From Amphiscolops sp. MND2022 (taxonomy: Eukaryota), in the NCBI GenBank assembly GCA_964187785.1, contig OZ076409.1, positions 28,708,001 to 28,772,000 on the forward strand: 64,000 nt of DNA. Reading direction: 5' to 3'. Below the pieces are notes generated by a model. It did no database searches. It was not told where the DNA came from and worked only from the letters and a program-made list of their open reading frames with translations. Positions 12,887-25,589 of the stretch are shown here, piece by piece (the first letter of the stretch is position 1; each line of letters starts with the position of its first letter). The position numbers were made by a program, and so were the translations under genes.

Positions 12887-13270
12887 TCAGCTCGCATATT
12901 GTTGTTGTTGATACATGTGTTGACCCTGACTTTGGGGCAACTCGTAGATATCTTCTCGTTGGGAAGATGGACCTGGTTCAGTTAAATCAGGTTCAACTGC
13001 CTTAGTATTCGCGACTGGAGGAGGTTTGTCTGACAAGGAGTCAATTTTAGATGACAGGTTTTCAATCATCCTCAATATCTCCCTTTGTCCTACTTCAGTG
13101 TCCTTGATCCGGCGGTAAACAAATTTCTCTATTTTATCGGACTATTCCGAAAAGTCTCTATCGGATATGCTAGGAATACTTTCTGTCGTCAAGCTGCACG
13201 TTTCGGGCTCGCCTAGGGAGCTAGATACTTAGTCCCTCCTGGCTTTCCTTTTCGAAGACCTTTCAGGCAT
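12887..13270 (-). pseudogene. Decayed gag N-terminus-like ORF (probable LTR remnant of the E3-type family)
   Basis: MPERSSKRKARR...ILRMIENLSSKIDSL...GPSS with internal stops. Resembles E3 MPTTRKQKKARK plus a coiled coil. Confidence 0.45.
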
Positions 13271-14620
13271 TCTTGGATTTTGGATTTTGCAGACTTAAGA
13301 CTATTGAAAAAAATAGAGAAAGTTGAAGGTTTCAAAGTTCATTAATTTCAGAGCTGAAAAGAACAAAATTGTTTTTCGAAAGTGATTATCAAATTTTCAA
13401 TTGAAAGCATCCAAATTTTACAGATATTTATACTTTCCGCACGCTAACAGGTGGGAAAGTCCAGCATGCTTTCACGCTTCATTCAGCCTTGCGTCCTTCC
13501 GAGGCGAGGAAACCGGAAGTTCAGTTCCGCTTTGTCGAACTCAGAATCTCAGTTTGTTCATGCTTCCCGGGGAAAGCACGCGTCCATTTCCTGTCTGAGT
13601 TGCGATTACGCTTCCCTGCACATCCAATGCCCGCCTCTTTGGGACACCGAAGCTGAATTCAGCAGCATAATGTACAGATGATTCAATATTTCACGCCCAA
13701 AGGACGGAAAAATGGGAAAAGGCATCAACGATTATTCTAAGTGGAAATGGAAACTTCCACATTAGTTTAATTAGTTCAAAATACTGCTCAACATATTAGT
13801 TATAACAACAAAACTGCAAACTGATTTGTAAATTCGCCTGCTGGAGGCGTTGAGACGCTGATTATTTTCAAATGAAGAACCCCCGGTCCCAGGCTGTGTC
13901 CTGGGATTTTTTGGGGACAAGATGCATGCTTTAGTACTAAAGGTTAAATTAGCAACAATTGAAGTTTTACATGAGGCAAATCATTTTAGTGTACAGTTTA
14001 AAACACAGATTAATCCAATAGAATGGAAAATGTCTCAAAAGGTAATATACGTCACCGATCAGTTACTAGATTATACGATTCAGGAAATTTAATCTAATGC
14101 CAAGGTCTGGGCTGAAGCTTGGTGCGTTTAGAAATTAAACATGGTTACATGAACAAAACTGCTACAAATTACATGCAAGTAACGATTATCGTTTAAAATC
14201 ATGAGTATTAGTTCGTGGTTTCATTGGGGAAAAACAGAAAATCTTTATTAGCATCATCATTTTCCATGTAAAATGGATTTCTATTCATTTTTCTCTCAGG
14301 CCGTGGTATTCAACTTCCATACATCTGTTGTTTTCATTCAATCGCTTGTACAATTATACGCGTAGCATCGTTCAATTTGTATACAAAATGCTGTAACAGG
14401 TTAATGTTCATATAATAGTAATGCACTATGCTGTTGATTAGCAGCGCACAGCATATTTTGATTTCAGGCCACTCGCCAGGACGGCGCTTCACTGCTCAAA
14501 TCTCAGGCCGACTGCCAGGCCGCAGTTCCGCCATTAATACTTCAGGCTGCCAGCTACGCGGTGTGGTTCCATTTTTATTAGTTATATAGCACTGTATTAA
14601 AATTATTAACTGCACTAACA

Positions 14621-14820
14621 NNNNNNNNNNNNNNNNNNNNNNNNNNNNNNNNNNNNNNNNNNNNNNNNNNNNNNNNNNNNNNNNNNNNNNNNNNNNNNNN
14701 NNNNNNNNNNNNNNNNNNNNNNNNNNNNNNNNNNNNNNNNNNNNNNNNNNNNNNNNNNNNNNNNNNNNNNNNNNNNNNNNNNNNNNNNNNNNNNNNNNNN
14801 NNNNNNNNNNNNNNNNNNNN
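14621..14820. other. Assembly gap (200 N)
   Basis: Run of N. Confidence 1.
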
Positions 14821-14883
14821 TTTTTATTTGTGTCTACACCAACTTGGCAACGTCCTGCTTGTTGCGTCTCAAAGACGATTACC

Positions 14884-15440
14884 AGAAAACTCAACACAAG
14901 AAAACTCAACACACGAAAACTCAACACAAGAAAACTCAACACAGAAAACTCAACACATTTTAAGCATTTAATATTCGTGATATACATTTTACCTGTATAT
15001 TCCTTGTTCGTACTACTCATAACTTATGCAATTGACACAATTTTTCTCAAATATTTGTTTGCGTTTAAACGTTTTCTATCGTTTTGTTTAACGTGAAAAA
15101 CAGTTTAATCTAGGAAAAATGAATTTTCAAGCTTTCGAAGAAAAAATTGAAATTAGTCTCAATCATGACTAGAGGTCAGGGAAATTATACGGCTTTATAT
15201 GTGTTTGAATTGAGTCGCATCAAGTGTAAACAGAACTTAGACGGGTTTAACAATTAGTTAGATTTCGGGAATTAAACTCAAATGAGGTGTTAACTAAAAA
15301 TGAATGAATGTGTTCAAATTTGTGGAGTTTTCTGTGTTGAATTTTCTTGTGTTGAGTTCCCTGTTTTTTTACCATGTGTTGAATTTTCTGTGTTGAGTTT
15401 TCTTGTGTTGAGTTTTCATGTGTTGAGTTTTTCGTACCCC
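14884..15440. mobile_element. Foldback/MITE-like element with inverted arrays of GAAAACTCAACACA
   Basis: About five tandem copies at 14884-14957 and reverse-complement copies (TGTGTTGAGTTTTC) at ~15330-15435. Confidence 0.7.
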
Positions 15441-15558
15441 TCAACGACAAGTTATCCAGCACATTTCGACGACAACTGGGGGCAAAGTGTAGTTAATGGC
15501 AACAATGCGAAAGCTTCCTTTCGGGTGTTTGAGCTAAACCAAATGAGGTTTTTTGTCT

Positions 15559-15752
15559 TGTTATAGACTCGCAAAAGATTAGAAGATTAAGGTTCGAGTT
15601 TAAAAATACGAGTACTGTTACAACGTGTATCTTAATGCTATTCAACGTAACATGAATTCAACTGAAGTGTTAGCATCGTATAGAGAAGGTTCTAATTGTT
15701 TGACGGGTATTACAGTCAACAAGTCTAGACAGAATCTGACTTCTCCTCTACA
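15559..15752 (-). repeat. E2 3' LTR (~194 bp)
   Basis: Direct repeat of 20489-20683 with scattered substitutions. Confidence 0.9.
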
Positions 15753-15894
15753 TTCCCCCTCTGCGGGTTAAGGGAACCAATCCTTGTTTCCGCTGGTCTT
15801 CTGACTGGTGACTTTTCCACTTTTAGCTGGGGAATTGGGCCCTCGTGTAAAGTGGATGACTTTCTTCTTCTCTGCTCGTGGTTTTGGCTATTAT

Positions 15895-16040
15895 TATAAT
15901 ATAATATAATATAATATAATATAATATAATATAATATAATATAATATAATATAATATAATATAATATAATATAATTATAATATTTGATAATATTATAAAA
16001 ATAATAATATTAATATAATATAAAATAATATAAATATAAT
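15895..16040 (+). repeat. (ATAAT)n microsatellite and AT-rich tail inside E2
   Basis: About 15 perfect ATAAT units followed by degenerate units. Confidence 0.95.
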
Positions 16041-16299
16041 ATTTCATTAGGTTAAAATTGTTCAACCTCTCCTAATTTTTCTACCCTTTTTGCTGTCTTT
16101 AATCTGTCAGACCTGCGTACTTTATGCTCTCCTTCATGGATTTCTATTCCCTCCCCCTTCTGATGCTTAGTTCTACTATACCTTTGTCCGTAGTTGTGGG
16201 GACTTTATGAGGCGATACGGTAGGCGTCGTATCATCGTCCGGTATCGTCCGTTTACCTGGTCTTTCAGTGCTGCAGCCTACGGGCGGCGTTATTTCCGG

Positions 16300-19200
16300 G
16301 GTTTGGTTATCGGACGGTAATTCCGGCAGCTGGGCTTGATGACCGTCTTTGTACTTCAGTTCGGCGGTTACGGTGATTTCCTGGTCCGATTCGGTTGTGT
16401 TCGGTAATTATTCTGTCATTACGGACTGGTTGTCCGAAATTATGGTTATGTCCAGCAATTCGTGGATTCCTGAGATGGCTTTGTTGGTATCGCTTCGCTA
16501 GAGCAAGATTTGTCTGCCGTTTTGTTGTTGTCGGCCACTGTACGCTTGTGCGTGTCACAGAATTCATCATTGCGGAATCCGCCACATCTTTTACATCTTT
16601 TTGTGGGCTTCCGATTGTCCTCCGGTTTTTTGGATGGCTGAAAATTTTGGGTGTTAGAAGCCAAGTTTTTTATGTATCATTTTTCCATCAGAGGTAGTAA
16701 CAGTGTGATTGGTTTCTTTGACTGCTGTTAAAAGTTTCTTGGTTTCAAATCTACACTTCATCGAGTTCGGGTTGGTTTCCGTTTCAAAAAATTGATGTTC
16801 TTTGAAATTCTCGCTTACCGATCTACCTCTCTTTTTGGATTCATTGACGACCAGATAGTCAGCGAGTTCTTCATCCGAGTCGTGAATGGTGAAGACTTGT
16901 ACCTCCGCGGGTTGAGCTGAAACATATTTGCTTATCTTTTTTGGCAAGTCTTTTCCAATTGGATAGTATGCAATTTAGTTGACCAATGGTACTGATAATG
17001 GATGTGCGAGGTTTGCGTCCGAAGTGCATTTGGAATGGTGTAATTTTTAATGTACTGTGTGGTGTTTGTCTAATTGATTTAATTGCTAAGCAAAGTTTAA
17101 TCCGTCTTGTAGATGAGCTCTAGTCAAAAATTTAATCGTGCGTATCGTTCTTTCTACTAATCTGGTCCCCGTGTGTAGATTTGGGGTACATCGTATCCGT
17201 TGTATGATTTCGCCGTTGCAGTAGTTTTGAATTCCTGAATTTTGAAACAACTGCCGTTGTCGGTGCGATTTACTTTTGGTGTACCGTTGTCGGAACAAAA
17301 TTTTGTTGAAATTTTTTACTACGGACCGTGAGTCCGTATTTTTGCAAATTTGTGCAGTGGGCCATTCACTAAACCGGTCGTCCGCAACTAAAATGTACGC
17401 CTCCCCGCGTGTCTTCGATTTGATTGGACTAGCGAAGTCCAATTGAATTTCTTGATTTGGTTCGTTTGAAATGTCGAGTCTATTCATTTCCTTTTGAGGT
17501 AGTTGTGTTTTCAAATTCTTACCTGAGGCTCTGAAGCTCGGGCTGTTTTCGGTTTTGTCTCTGATCTCCCGGTGTAATCCGCGCTACCAAAAGGCCTCCG
17601 CTAGTTGATCACTTTTGTTTGCTGATACATGGCCTTGGTGTAACATAGCGATAATCGTTGATCTCATAGCTTCGCGAAAGATAATTTTGTCATTGAAAAA
17701 CAATAAACCGAAGCAATTGGCTATGTGCTCCCGGTGTGGACGATATGGGTAAAAGGTTTTGTCTGGTTGGCCATTTTCAAGCGCAATGATTGCGTCGAGG
17801 GTTTTAGTGTCATTTGCGGTCTCGTCAACACGAAGTGGCAAATTGACCGAGAAATCGACTTTCGTGTTTTTGAACTTTCGTAAAACATTTGTAGGACATT
17901 TCTCCTTTTTCAATTGGCTAATCTGGCTCTCACTATCGAAAGACAGGTTTAGCCAGGATTCGTTCACGTTTTCGTGAAATTCCCTGAGTGGGGTTGTTCC
18001 AATTTTTCGCAGAAGTCGAAAAAGCGATTGTAAATTAGGGTATTGATCCTTTAAATTTGTTTTCTCAATACTTGGGAAAGCCGATACTCTTGTATCTTTC
18101 CATTTTCACTGCCTCTCCCCACGATTCGGGTTTTATTGGGCTTTAGGATGCGATTCCTTTCTTGACGTAGCCGGTCTGTTTCGGGGGAATGGCCTCTCTT
18201 TTTGAATATGAAATTCATGTCAATGCCGTTTATTTTGTCCATAGTTGGAACGAGCGACGTTATATCTTTGCTTCATTTGGATGGTTTGATGCTATGATCA
18301 CCGATTGAGCGGTGAGAAGGTTTGAACTGAATTCTCAGTCCGAACCGGTTTGCACTTTTGTGTGTTGTTCTGTGATTGGTTTACATCTTCTGTCGGCGAA
18401 GAACGTTCAGAGTATTGCGTAATGCTTCCGTTCAAGCGATTGGACTCGAATAGACCGTAAATTTGATTAATCACGAATTCTTCTTCGCTTCTTCCTCGTC
18501 GTGTTCGCATTGCCTTTCCGTCTCGTCGTCATACACTAGCAGGTGGCGGCTCAAATAATCCGTGAGTGAAATGTTTTTACTGGCGGTGTATTGCAAACTA
18601 ACGTCAAAATGGCTCAATCGGCCTAACCAACGTATGATTCGTTCGCTATATTGTTTGTGTGCTCGATTATGTTTCAAAAGCGGCTGTAACGCCTTGTGAT
18701 CGGTTAAAAGGTTTCCTTTCTTCCAGTAAACGTAATATCTAAAGTATTCGAGTCCCCACGAAGTACCTAACAACTCAAATTCATTTATTGCGTACTTCTT
18801 TTAGCAATCGGTGAGAAATCTACTTGCAAATGCTACTGGTCTTAAAACCTCACCCTCTTTTTGCCATAAAGTTGCCCCCAAACTTGTGTTACATGCAACT
18901 GTGGTGACGTAGTTATCCCTCTTTGGGTCAAAGTGAACTAGGCTGGAAGCTTCGGTGATTTCCTTCTTCAACTGCCTCGAAGTCGTCGTCTATTTCTGGG
19001 GTCCATTCCCATTTGATTCCCTTCTTTAGTAATCTTCTCATTCGGTCTGTCTTCTTGGAAAAGTTATTCAGAAATTTCGACAAGTGTTGAATTGATCCCA
19101 GAAATGATTTCAATTCTTTTGTGTTCGTCGGGGCTTTCAATTTGGTTATGGCTTCTGTTTTATCTTTAATCGGATTTATCCCGTTTTGGTTGATTTGATA

Positions 19201-20456
19201 CCCAAGCCATGTTAGTTCGTTTCTGAATAGTTCAGTTTTTCTTTCTCTTGTTCGGTACCCCGCTTGTTCGATACCCCGCAATTACCTCTTGCTCTAGTAA
19301 CTTGGACAAGACATCTCGTAAACCCCATTCGATGTCTTCTTCGCGGATAACATCGATCCAGACAGGTGTTTTTAACTCTAGTACCTTGTCTATGTGTTCT
19401 CGGAACACGGTGGGATATCCGATAATCCGTAGAAGCCTTTTTTGAATCGGTAGTGTCCCTTTGATGTCGCCCCCAATGATTGAGAATACACAATGTTTTA
19501 ACGCCTCTCTGGATAGTTTGGCTTGACCGTATGCATAATCCAGGTCAATTTTTGACATCCATATCTTGCCCCCGTTTTTCGTAATATTCGCTGAAATTTT
19601 GCTGATCAAGTCTTCCGTATTGGGCATTGCTGCCTTTCTTTTCATACAATATTTGTTTGAATTTCTGGAATCAATTGCAATTTTTACCGATTTATCTTTT
19701 TTGATGGTTATCACAGCGGGCGATATGAAGCAGTTTTCTGTGGGTTTTATCCGCTTTTTCGAGGTGTCCCTTTTCATTCAATTTTTCCAATTCTTTTTGT
19801 ACCGTGTTTTGAAAGTGGATTGGTACCGATCTCCCTTTTTGTTGAATCGGTTTTGCATCTTTTTTCAGTTGGATGTCAATGGTTAAATCTTTAATGGTGT
19901 GATTTTTTTAAAAAGATTTTCGTAATCTTTAACAAGTTTCTCACCTCTTTCGTTGACTTCTATGTTTCGGACGATGTTTGTTTCTCGGTTTCCTTGTGCG
20001 CCAATCTCAAGTTTGTCCAACCAATCTAGACCCAATAGTGGCTGTGTATTTCCCTTCTCTGCTATAAGTATCTGTAGTGTTACCCAGCTTCGCTCGGTTT
20101 TTACTTCGACCATAGCCTCGCTTTTGAGTTTTATTTGATTTTGGTTGACGTCCACGTAGCATTTCGGAGTTGCCTCCATGTTCTTCGGATTAATAATTGG
20201 TGGGATTATAGTTACCTGTGAGCCATGTTGTCCATGGAGTCTGTTCTCAGTTCTATCAATTCTTCTACTTTTTTTGGTATGTCAGATCGATAAACTCCCA
20301 AATCTGCTCCCACCACATTTTTGGGTTGATTTTTGATAGGTCAACCTCTCTATCCGATAAAATAGGGTTTTTGTATTTGTTACTTTCGGTCCTGTCGACC
20401 GTTGTTTGGTTGGCAACAGTCTGATCGGTTGCGTTGGGGTTTTCAATGCTGTCCAT
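16300..20456 (-). pseudogene. pol: E2 gag-pol, fragmented; most of gag deleted
   Basis: Fragments: PLLGLDWL (protease); SPAVITIKKDKSVKIAIDSR and KIDLDYAYGQ (RT); TDHKAL...DYLSR (RNase H); LHQGH, LDFASP, DDRFSEWP (integrase). Many frameshifts and stops. Confidence 0.9.
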
Positions 20457-20488
20457 TGTCTTTTGTTCTTTCTTTTATGACTGCGCCA

Positions 20489-20683
20489 TGAGTATAGACT
20501 CGTAAAAGATTAGAAGAATAAGGTTCGAGTTTAAAAGTAAGTGTACTGTTACAAAGTGTAACTTAATACTATTCAACGTAACATAAATTTCACTGATATG
20601 TTAGCATCGTATAGAGAAGGTTCTAATTGTTTGACGGGTATTACTGTCAACAAGTCTAGACAGAATCTGACTTCTCCTCTACA
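20489..20683 (-). repeat. E2 5' LTR
   Basis: TGTAGAGG...CTCA on the minus strand, directly followed by the PBS. Confidence 0.9.
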
Positions 20684-20710
20684 TGTCTGCAGTTTTTTTT
20701 CATTGCAGTG

Positions 20711-21502
20711 CACAGGCAAGCTATTTTGCTGCTTTTCGTGGAATCCGGGACACGAAAATTGAGAAAAGTCGTGGAATCCAGGACAAAATTTCTCTCTGAT
20801 GTTAAGCGTGTCTTGGATTCCACGACAGTGCTTGTCCTGGATTCCACGCCAATACTGCTGCTATAATGACACTTTTGCCGCTGCCCTCTGATTGGTCCGC
20901 TGATTTTGAGTAATCATTTTTGGAAATGTAGAAAACTTTAAATTATTTCAATTTTAAATCAATGGAGGTTGTTTTGATTGACACGAAAAGTCCCAATGTA
21001 CGAATAGAGATACTCATGACTGGTACCAAAATTAAAGCATGTCATCAAATAATGGCAGATTGTGATGATCTGGCAGTTTGTTCAGAACTGGTACTAAACT
21101 TCGAAAAATACGAATATTGTTTTTTGTCTGAATCATTTTGAATTAATATACGAAAAGTAGTGCATAATATTATGTTTGTTCAGTCTTCCTGGAGAGGAAT
21201 TTAATTCAAGAAGAGATGCCGCGTATCGCGTCAAGCATAAAGTCGTGGAATCCAGGAAAATTATGATTGTTGCAATCTGATTGGTTCATTTTGCAAAACT
21301 TACGTTTTTGTGGAATCCGGGACACCGCTGCATGCCGACAGTGCGTACAGCTAAGCAATTGTTACTGGAATCCACGACGAAATCCGTGGATTCCGGGACA
21401 AATGACGTAATTTGCCAATTTTGCACGGTTAAAGGTATGGTCGTGGAATCCGAGATATTGAAAGCACAATGTTGCGCTTTGAGCAAATAAGGCTTGCCTG
21501 TG
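20711..21502. mobile_element. Non-autonomous DNA transposon (MITE) with CACAGGCAAGC TIRs
   Basis: CACAGGCAAGC...GCTTGCCTGTG. Multiple subterminal GTGGAATCCRG motifs in both orientations. No exact TSD. Confidence 0.7.
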
Positions 21503-22796
21503 CACTCTAATGTTCTCTGAACTGTCTTCAAAGGTTCCTATAAAACTCCAAAAACCCAAGTTCTTTATGTCCAGCTGACTCGGCGTTCAAATTTATTGCA
21601 AAACATCCAAAACAAGCAGTAACTTTGCTGACAAGCAATAACAAGCAGAATTAGGTTAAGATTGTGGAATGCCAGTTTGCTGAATTCTACAAACTGCTCT
21701 TATGTGGTCCATCAAAAAATTGCTTTCTACAAATTAAATGTCAAATTTTACAAATCGGAAATCATTTAATGTCCATTTACAGGTGAAATCGTGTTCGTTC
21801 TTGCAAACTAGTGACATATACTCCTCTGACATTGAACCAGGGATTGAATACAGGTTCAGCAGTTTCAGTTACAATTTATGATGAGCTGGCTACAAGACAA
21901 TTTGCCTAATGCCATAATGCCTATTCTCAATATTGGGACATTTGGCGTGAAATAATCTTTCGCCATCTCGGCTCGCGGTAGGTCGTTGTTCCTATTCGAC
22001 CTCGCTTAGCGGGATAGGAACATAAGCGGCCCCAAGAGCGCACTAGAGTAATAAGGGACATATTCGAGGCACGTTTTATACTTCATATCAGGTTATTGAA
22101 ACGTACTACAAAATGGTTCCTTCAAAATTGGAATCTTGAAATTAGTCGTAAAAACTATGCCATGGTCCATTTGGTAGGAAAAAATTCTACAAACTGGGCC
22201 TAACGTTTATAATTTTTCTACAGACTGGATTTTTCAATTAGGCATTTAACAATTTGCTTCCCTTCCATTTTCCTGTGGCAATTTCTATCGCGCTTAAAAG
22301 TAAGTTTCTGACTGACGCCGAAATACGCGGCGAGTGTTTGGAATTCACGCCCTAAAAGCAACGGTTTGTTCAAACACCCTTAATTTTGCAAACTATACAT
22401 TCAGCTATAACTTTAAAGCACTTTCTTCATTATAAGTGGTTTGAAAAATATAAAAAATGGTGAATGAAATGAATCGTGAAATGGTTCTTTTCGTTGTTTT
22501 AGCGTAACTAGAGAGCGAAGTTAAGAAAACAATGTCAGAGATATTGCAGTAGAAGTAGTAGCATTGTGGTGTTAGTTTTCGCAGGATCAGAGGGGGCATC
22601 AACCCTGGAAGATCCTTCCATGACCCTTTGATTTCGACAGTCATTTATCGCTTGCGTTTATATAGGTATATCTGTTGCTCTCCGTAATTCGCATAGAATG
22701 TTTGCCAGAATTCATTCACAATGTGTTCTTCAAGCCTTACTCTGTAAGAAGATTGATTTTGATTTTGCCAATTACACAACAATTTTGAAAAAAGTC

Positions 22797-24611
22797 TGTC
22801 ACAGGCTGCCGCCTGTGAAGGTACGACAGTAACCACATCAGCCGAAGGTCAGGAATTTGTACCCGTTACCCTCCCAATCTATTAAACTTAAACTGATAGC
22901 AAATTTTCGAACCTTTTGTGTTAAGTTTCCGTGTTGCACAATTTTGTACTTGATGATGCTACTTTTTTAAATTTTACTTTAAAAAATTAGTCTGTTAAGG
23001 CTAACAATCAAAAAGATCCAAGCTGAATGTTTTAATATGTAACGAAGTACCGTTATATGCTCAAAGTAATCAGAGTTAGAATGTAAGCAAATGTACGATG
23101 TATAGGAAACGAGTTCAAGTGAACGAAAGTCTCATTCTGGGGACGTCACATGAGCTCGTTATATCAGCCAATCAAATCGCATCATTTGAAATACTAGTAT
23201 AGCTTTCATTTGTTAATAGCTGCATAAGGCCAGTTGACTTAGTATAGTTGCTTTTGCTTAGCACTTTGATCAAATGGCCGGTACCGGCTATTTTGTGAAA
23301 AGTAATGTTGGTATACCAATTATATTTGTAATTAACCAGTTGGTATACCAATTATATTTGTAATTAACCAATATTACTATGACTGTGCTTCTTGTGCTAT
23401 ATATTCACCAATGCGCAGAATCAGTTACCAAATAAGTTAAATCCAAAATTGAGTGACAGCTTAGCCATTCACTTTTCTTCCTCTGTTGCTAGTTCAAAAT
23501 TTGAACAATTTCGGCCGTAATATGAAAATGCCTTTGTTCCTGTCCTATTATGATAAATTGTATTGTACTGAAATGTTTCACGAACAATGCATGTAATATC
23601 GTGTTCTCACCCCGTAGTAAAATTCAGCAGTATTTGCGTGGTGGCACGTGCCAATGTTGCCTACTGATGTTGAATGCACTAAAATCCAATGATGGCAAGT
23701 AGTGTTTGTTGACACTTTGATGCTTATATTTTCACTGGAAACTTGTTTGAAGTTGCAGCTTAGCTTAAATACCTCTTAGAATGTTGCTTGTTGAACTTCT
23801 CGAAGTATGTAAAATATAGGGGAAACACCATATATGTCATGTGTCAAATGATCTTAATCATAACTAGAGAATGTAAAGAAAGTGAGTGTCATCCCCTCAG
23901 GAGTATATATACAGATAACTTGCCTGAGTGGGAAATTCATAAAATTTGCTTGTTCTAGTGAAGATACTTTCCAAAACGGTTACACTGTTAATTTTCTGGG
24001 TTAGATAATTCATTATTCAATTCGGATTCTTCTCAATGCCTACTACTAGAAAACAAAAGAAGGCTAGAAAGTCAAGAGGAATTGATATGTTATCAGACAT
24101 TGAAAACCTTGATGTGATGCTTGGAGAAAATCACTCTAGTGATAAAAAAGAGAGGAAAGCTCAAACAGCATTTTAGCCAGAAGGCCAGAAAGCACCATTA
24201 GCAATAATTTTGAAAATGCTAATGAGGATATGTATTTAAACCGTGATTTAGGGATGAACACCGAGTATGGTCAGAATTCCACAAGTGAAAATTCTAGCGC
24301 TGAGATAAATAGACTGTCTAGTGAATTGAACTCGAGGTTATCAAGGAAATTAGATGAGATGATGGGTAATGTCAACACCCAGATCCAGAGAGCCATCAGT
24401 GATGCAATATGCAATCAGATATTGCCTCAGATTCAAACTGCTCTAAATACCGGATCGAGCCACTCGACACAAAATAGGTGGAACGTTCCGTCTGATAGAC
24501 CGGAAACTAATTCCGAAGAGACCTATGGTGAGAAAGTCAAGAAAAAAATTAGATGTGAGTCACGCATTGATTATCAGAATGATGTTCAGCCGCATCCGCG
24601 TGCTTACGACA
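22797..24611 (+). repeat. E3 5' LTR (~1.8 kb)
   Basis: 23484-24611 is repeated at 36889-38023. Start inferred from the TSD plus TG terminus. Confidence 0.85.
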
Positions 24612-25589
24612 TGGTGACAGGAGAAAACGAATCTCCAATTGAGGTTCCTGAGTTTCTCATGGGAGGAATGCCATCAAGAAGTAATATCCTCAGATCTCAT
24701 GATGACCTCAATCCCTTACTTGACACGACGTTCCCAGCGCAAGATAGGACCGTACCAGCCCCACAACAAGATCCCATCAATAGGCTAGCTGAGGTCTTGA
24801 CCAGTATGCAGAATTGCCCGACAGCCCAACAACTCACAATTCGCCCGGTCAACTCCAACACTATGACCTTTGACGGCAAAAGTGAGAAGTTTGAGCTGTT
24901 TGAAGATCTCTTCCACACAATGATCAAAATGCAGCCTGAAGTGTCCGAACAGATGAAAATTAACCATTTTCGTTCGCTGCTGAGAAATTCGCTGCATTCA
25001 GGAATATCAGCACTGTCAATAGACAACCTCTTGAGGATGTATTAGTCATTTTCAGACGTAAATACGTCAAACCTGAGTCGCAAGCGACTGCCAAACACAA
25101 ATGGCACCGCTTGGTCTTTGACCCCAATACAATGAAATTACCAGACTTCCTTGAAGAACTGAACCGAGGCGCAAAAAAGGCCTTTGGAGACCATGCTCAA
25201 AAAATGATTGACAGTCTCTTGTACGCAAAACTGCCACCGGAATTGAAGCGGTCAGTCAATATGGCCAGACTCGAAAACGGCTCTTATGATGAAAAAGTTG
25301 CTCATCTTGAGAAAGAACTAGAGCTTCATGCTCTTGAGGAATCTGACGACTTACCTATAGCGACATAATGTCCTAGATTTCCAAATCCAAAAAGAGAAAG
25401 ATGCCCAAAAAGACAAAACTAATCAGACGAAAACATATCCCGAATGCAGGACTTGTGGCAAGACTAACCATCTAACTAACAGCAAGACTAACTAATAACG
25501 ATCCCGACTCAAAAGCCTCGAAACCCCACCATAACCCGACATCGTCCAACTCCCAGTCTTCATCCAAGAACGACGAATAAAAAAACTAG
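24036..25589 (+). pseudogene. gag: E3 gag (starts inside the LTR; frameshifted)
   Basis: MPTTRKQKKARK...; FDGKSEKFELFEDLFH capsid-like text homologous to E4 gag (FRGQKDKFVEFEHLL); CRTCGKTNH knuckle remnant; ends at AAAAAAC-TAG. Confidence 0.85.
24612..24623 (+). promoter_or_regulatory. E3 primer-binding site
   Basis: TGGTGACAGGAG immediately after the LTR terminal CA; identical to the E4 PBS. Confidence 0.85.

Larger units (their letters stand above)
15559..20683 (-). mobile_element. Degenerate Ty3/gypsy LTR retrotransposon E2 with short LTRs
   Basis: LTRs 15559-15752 and 20489-20683; TSD TGTCT on both sides; PBS TGGCGCAGTC (minus, ~20479-20488); PPT GCAGAGGGGGAA (minus, ~15753-15764). Confidence 0.93.

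Noticed and set aside
14496..15020. 174-aa ORF
   Set aside because: Spans the N gap and a simple repeat.
15823..16065. Ile/Leu/Tyr-rich ORF
   Set aside because: Translation of the (ATAAT)n microsatellite.
23307..23372. 32-bp tandem duplication with the palindrome TGGTATACCA in the E3 LTR
   Set aside because: Only two copies; consistent with ordinary slippage.
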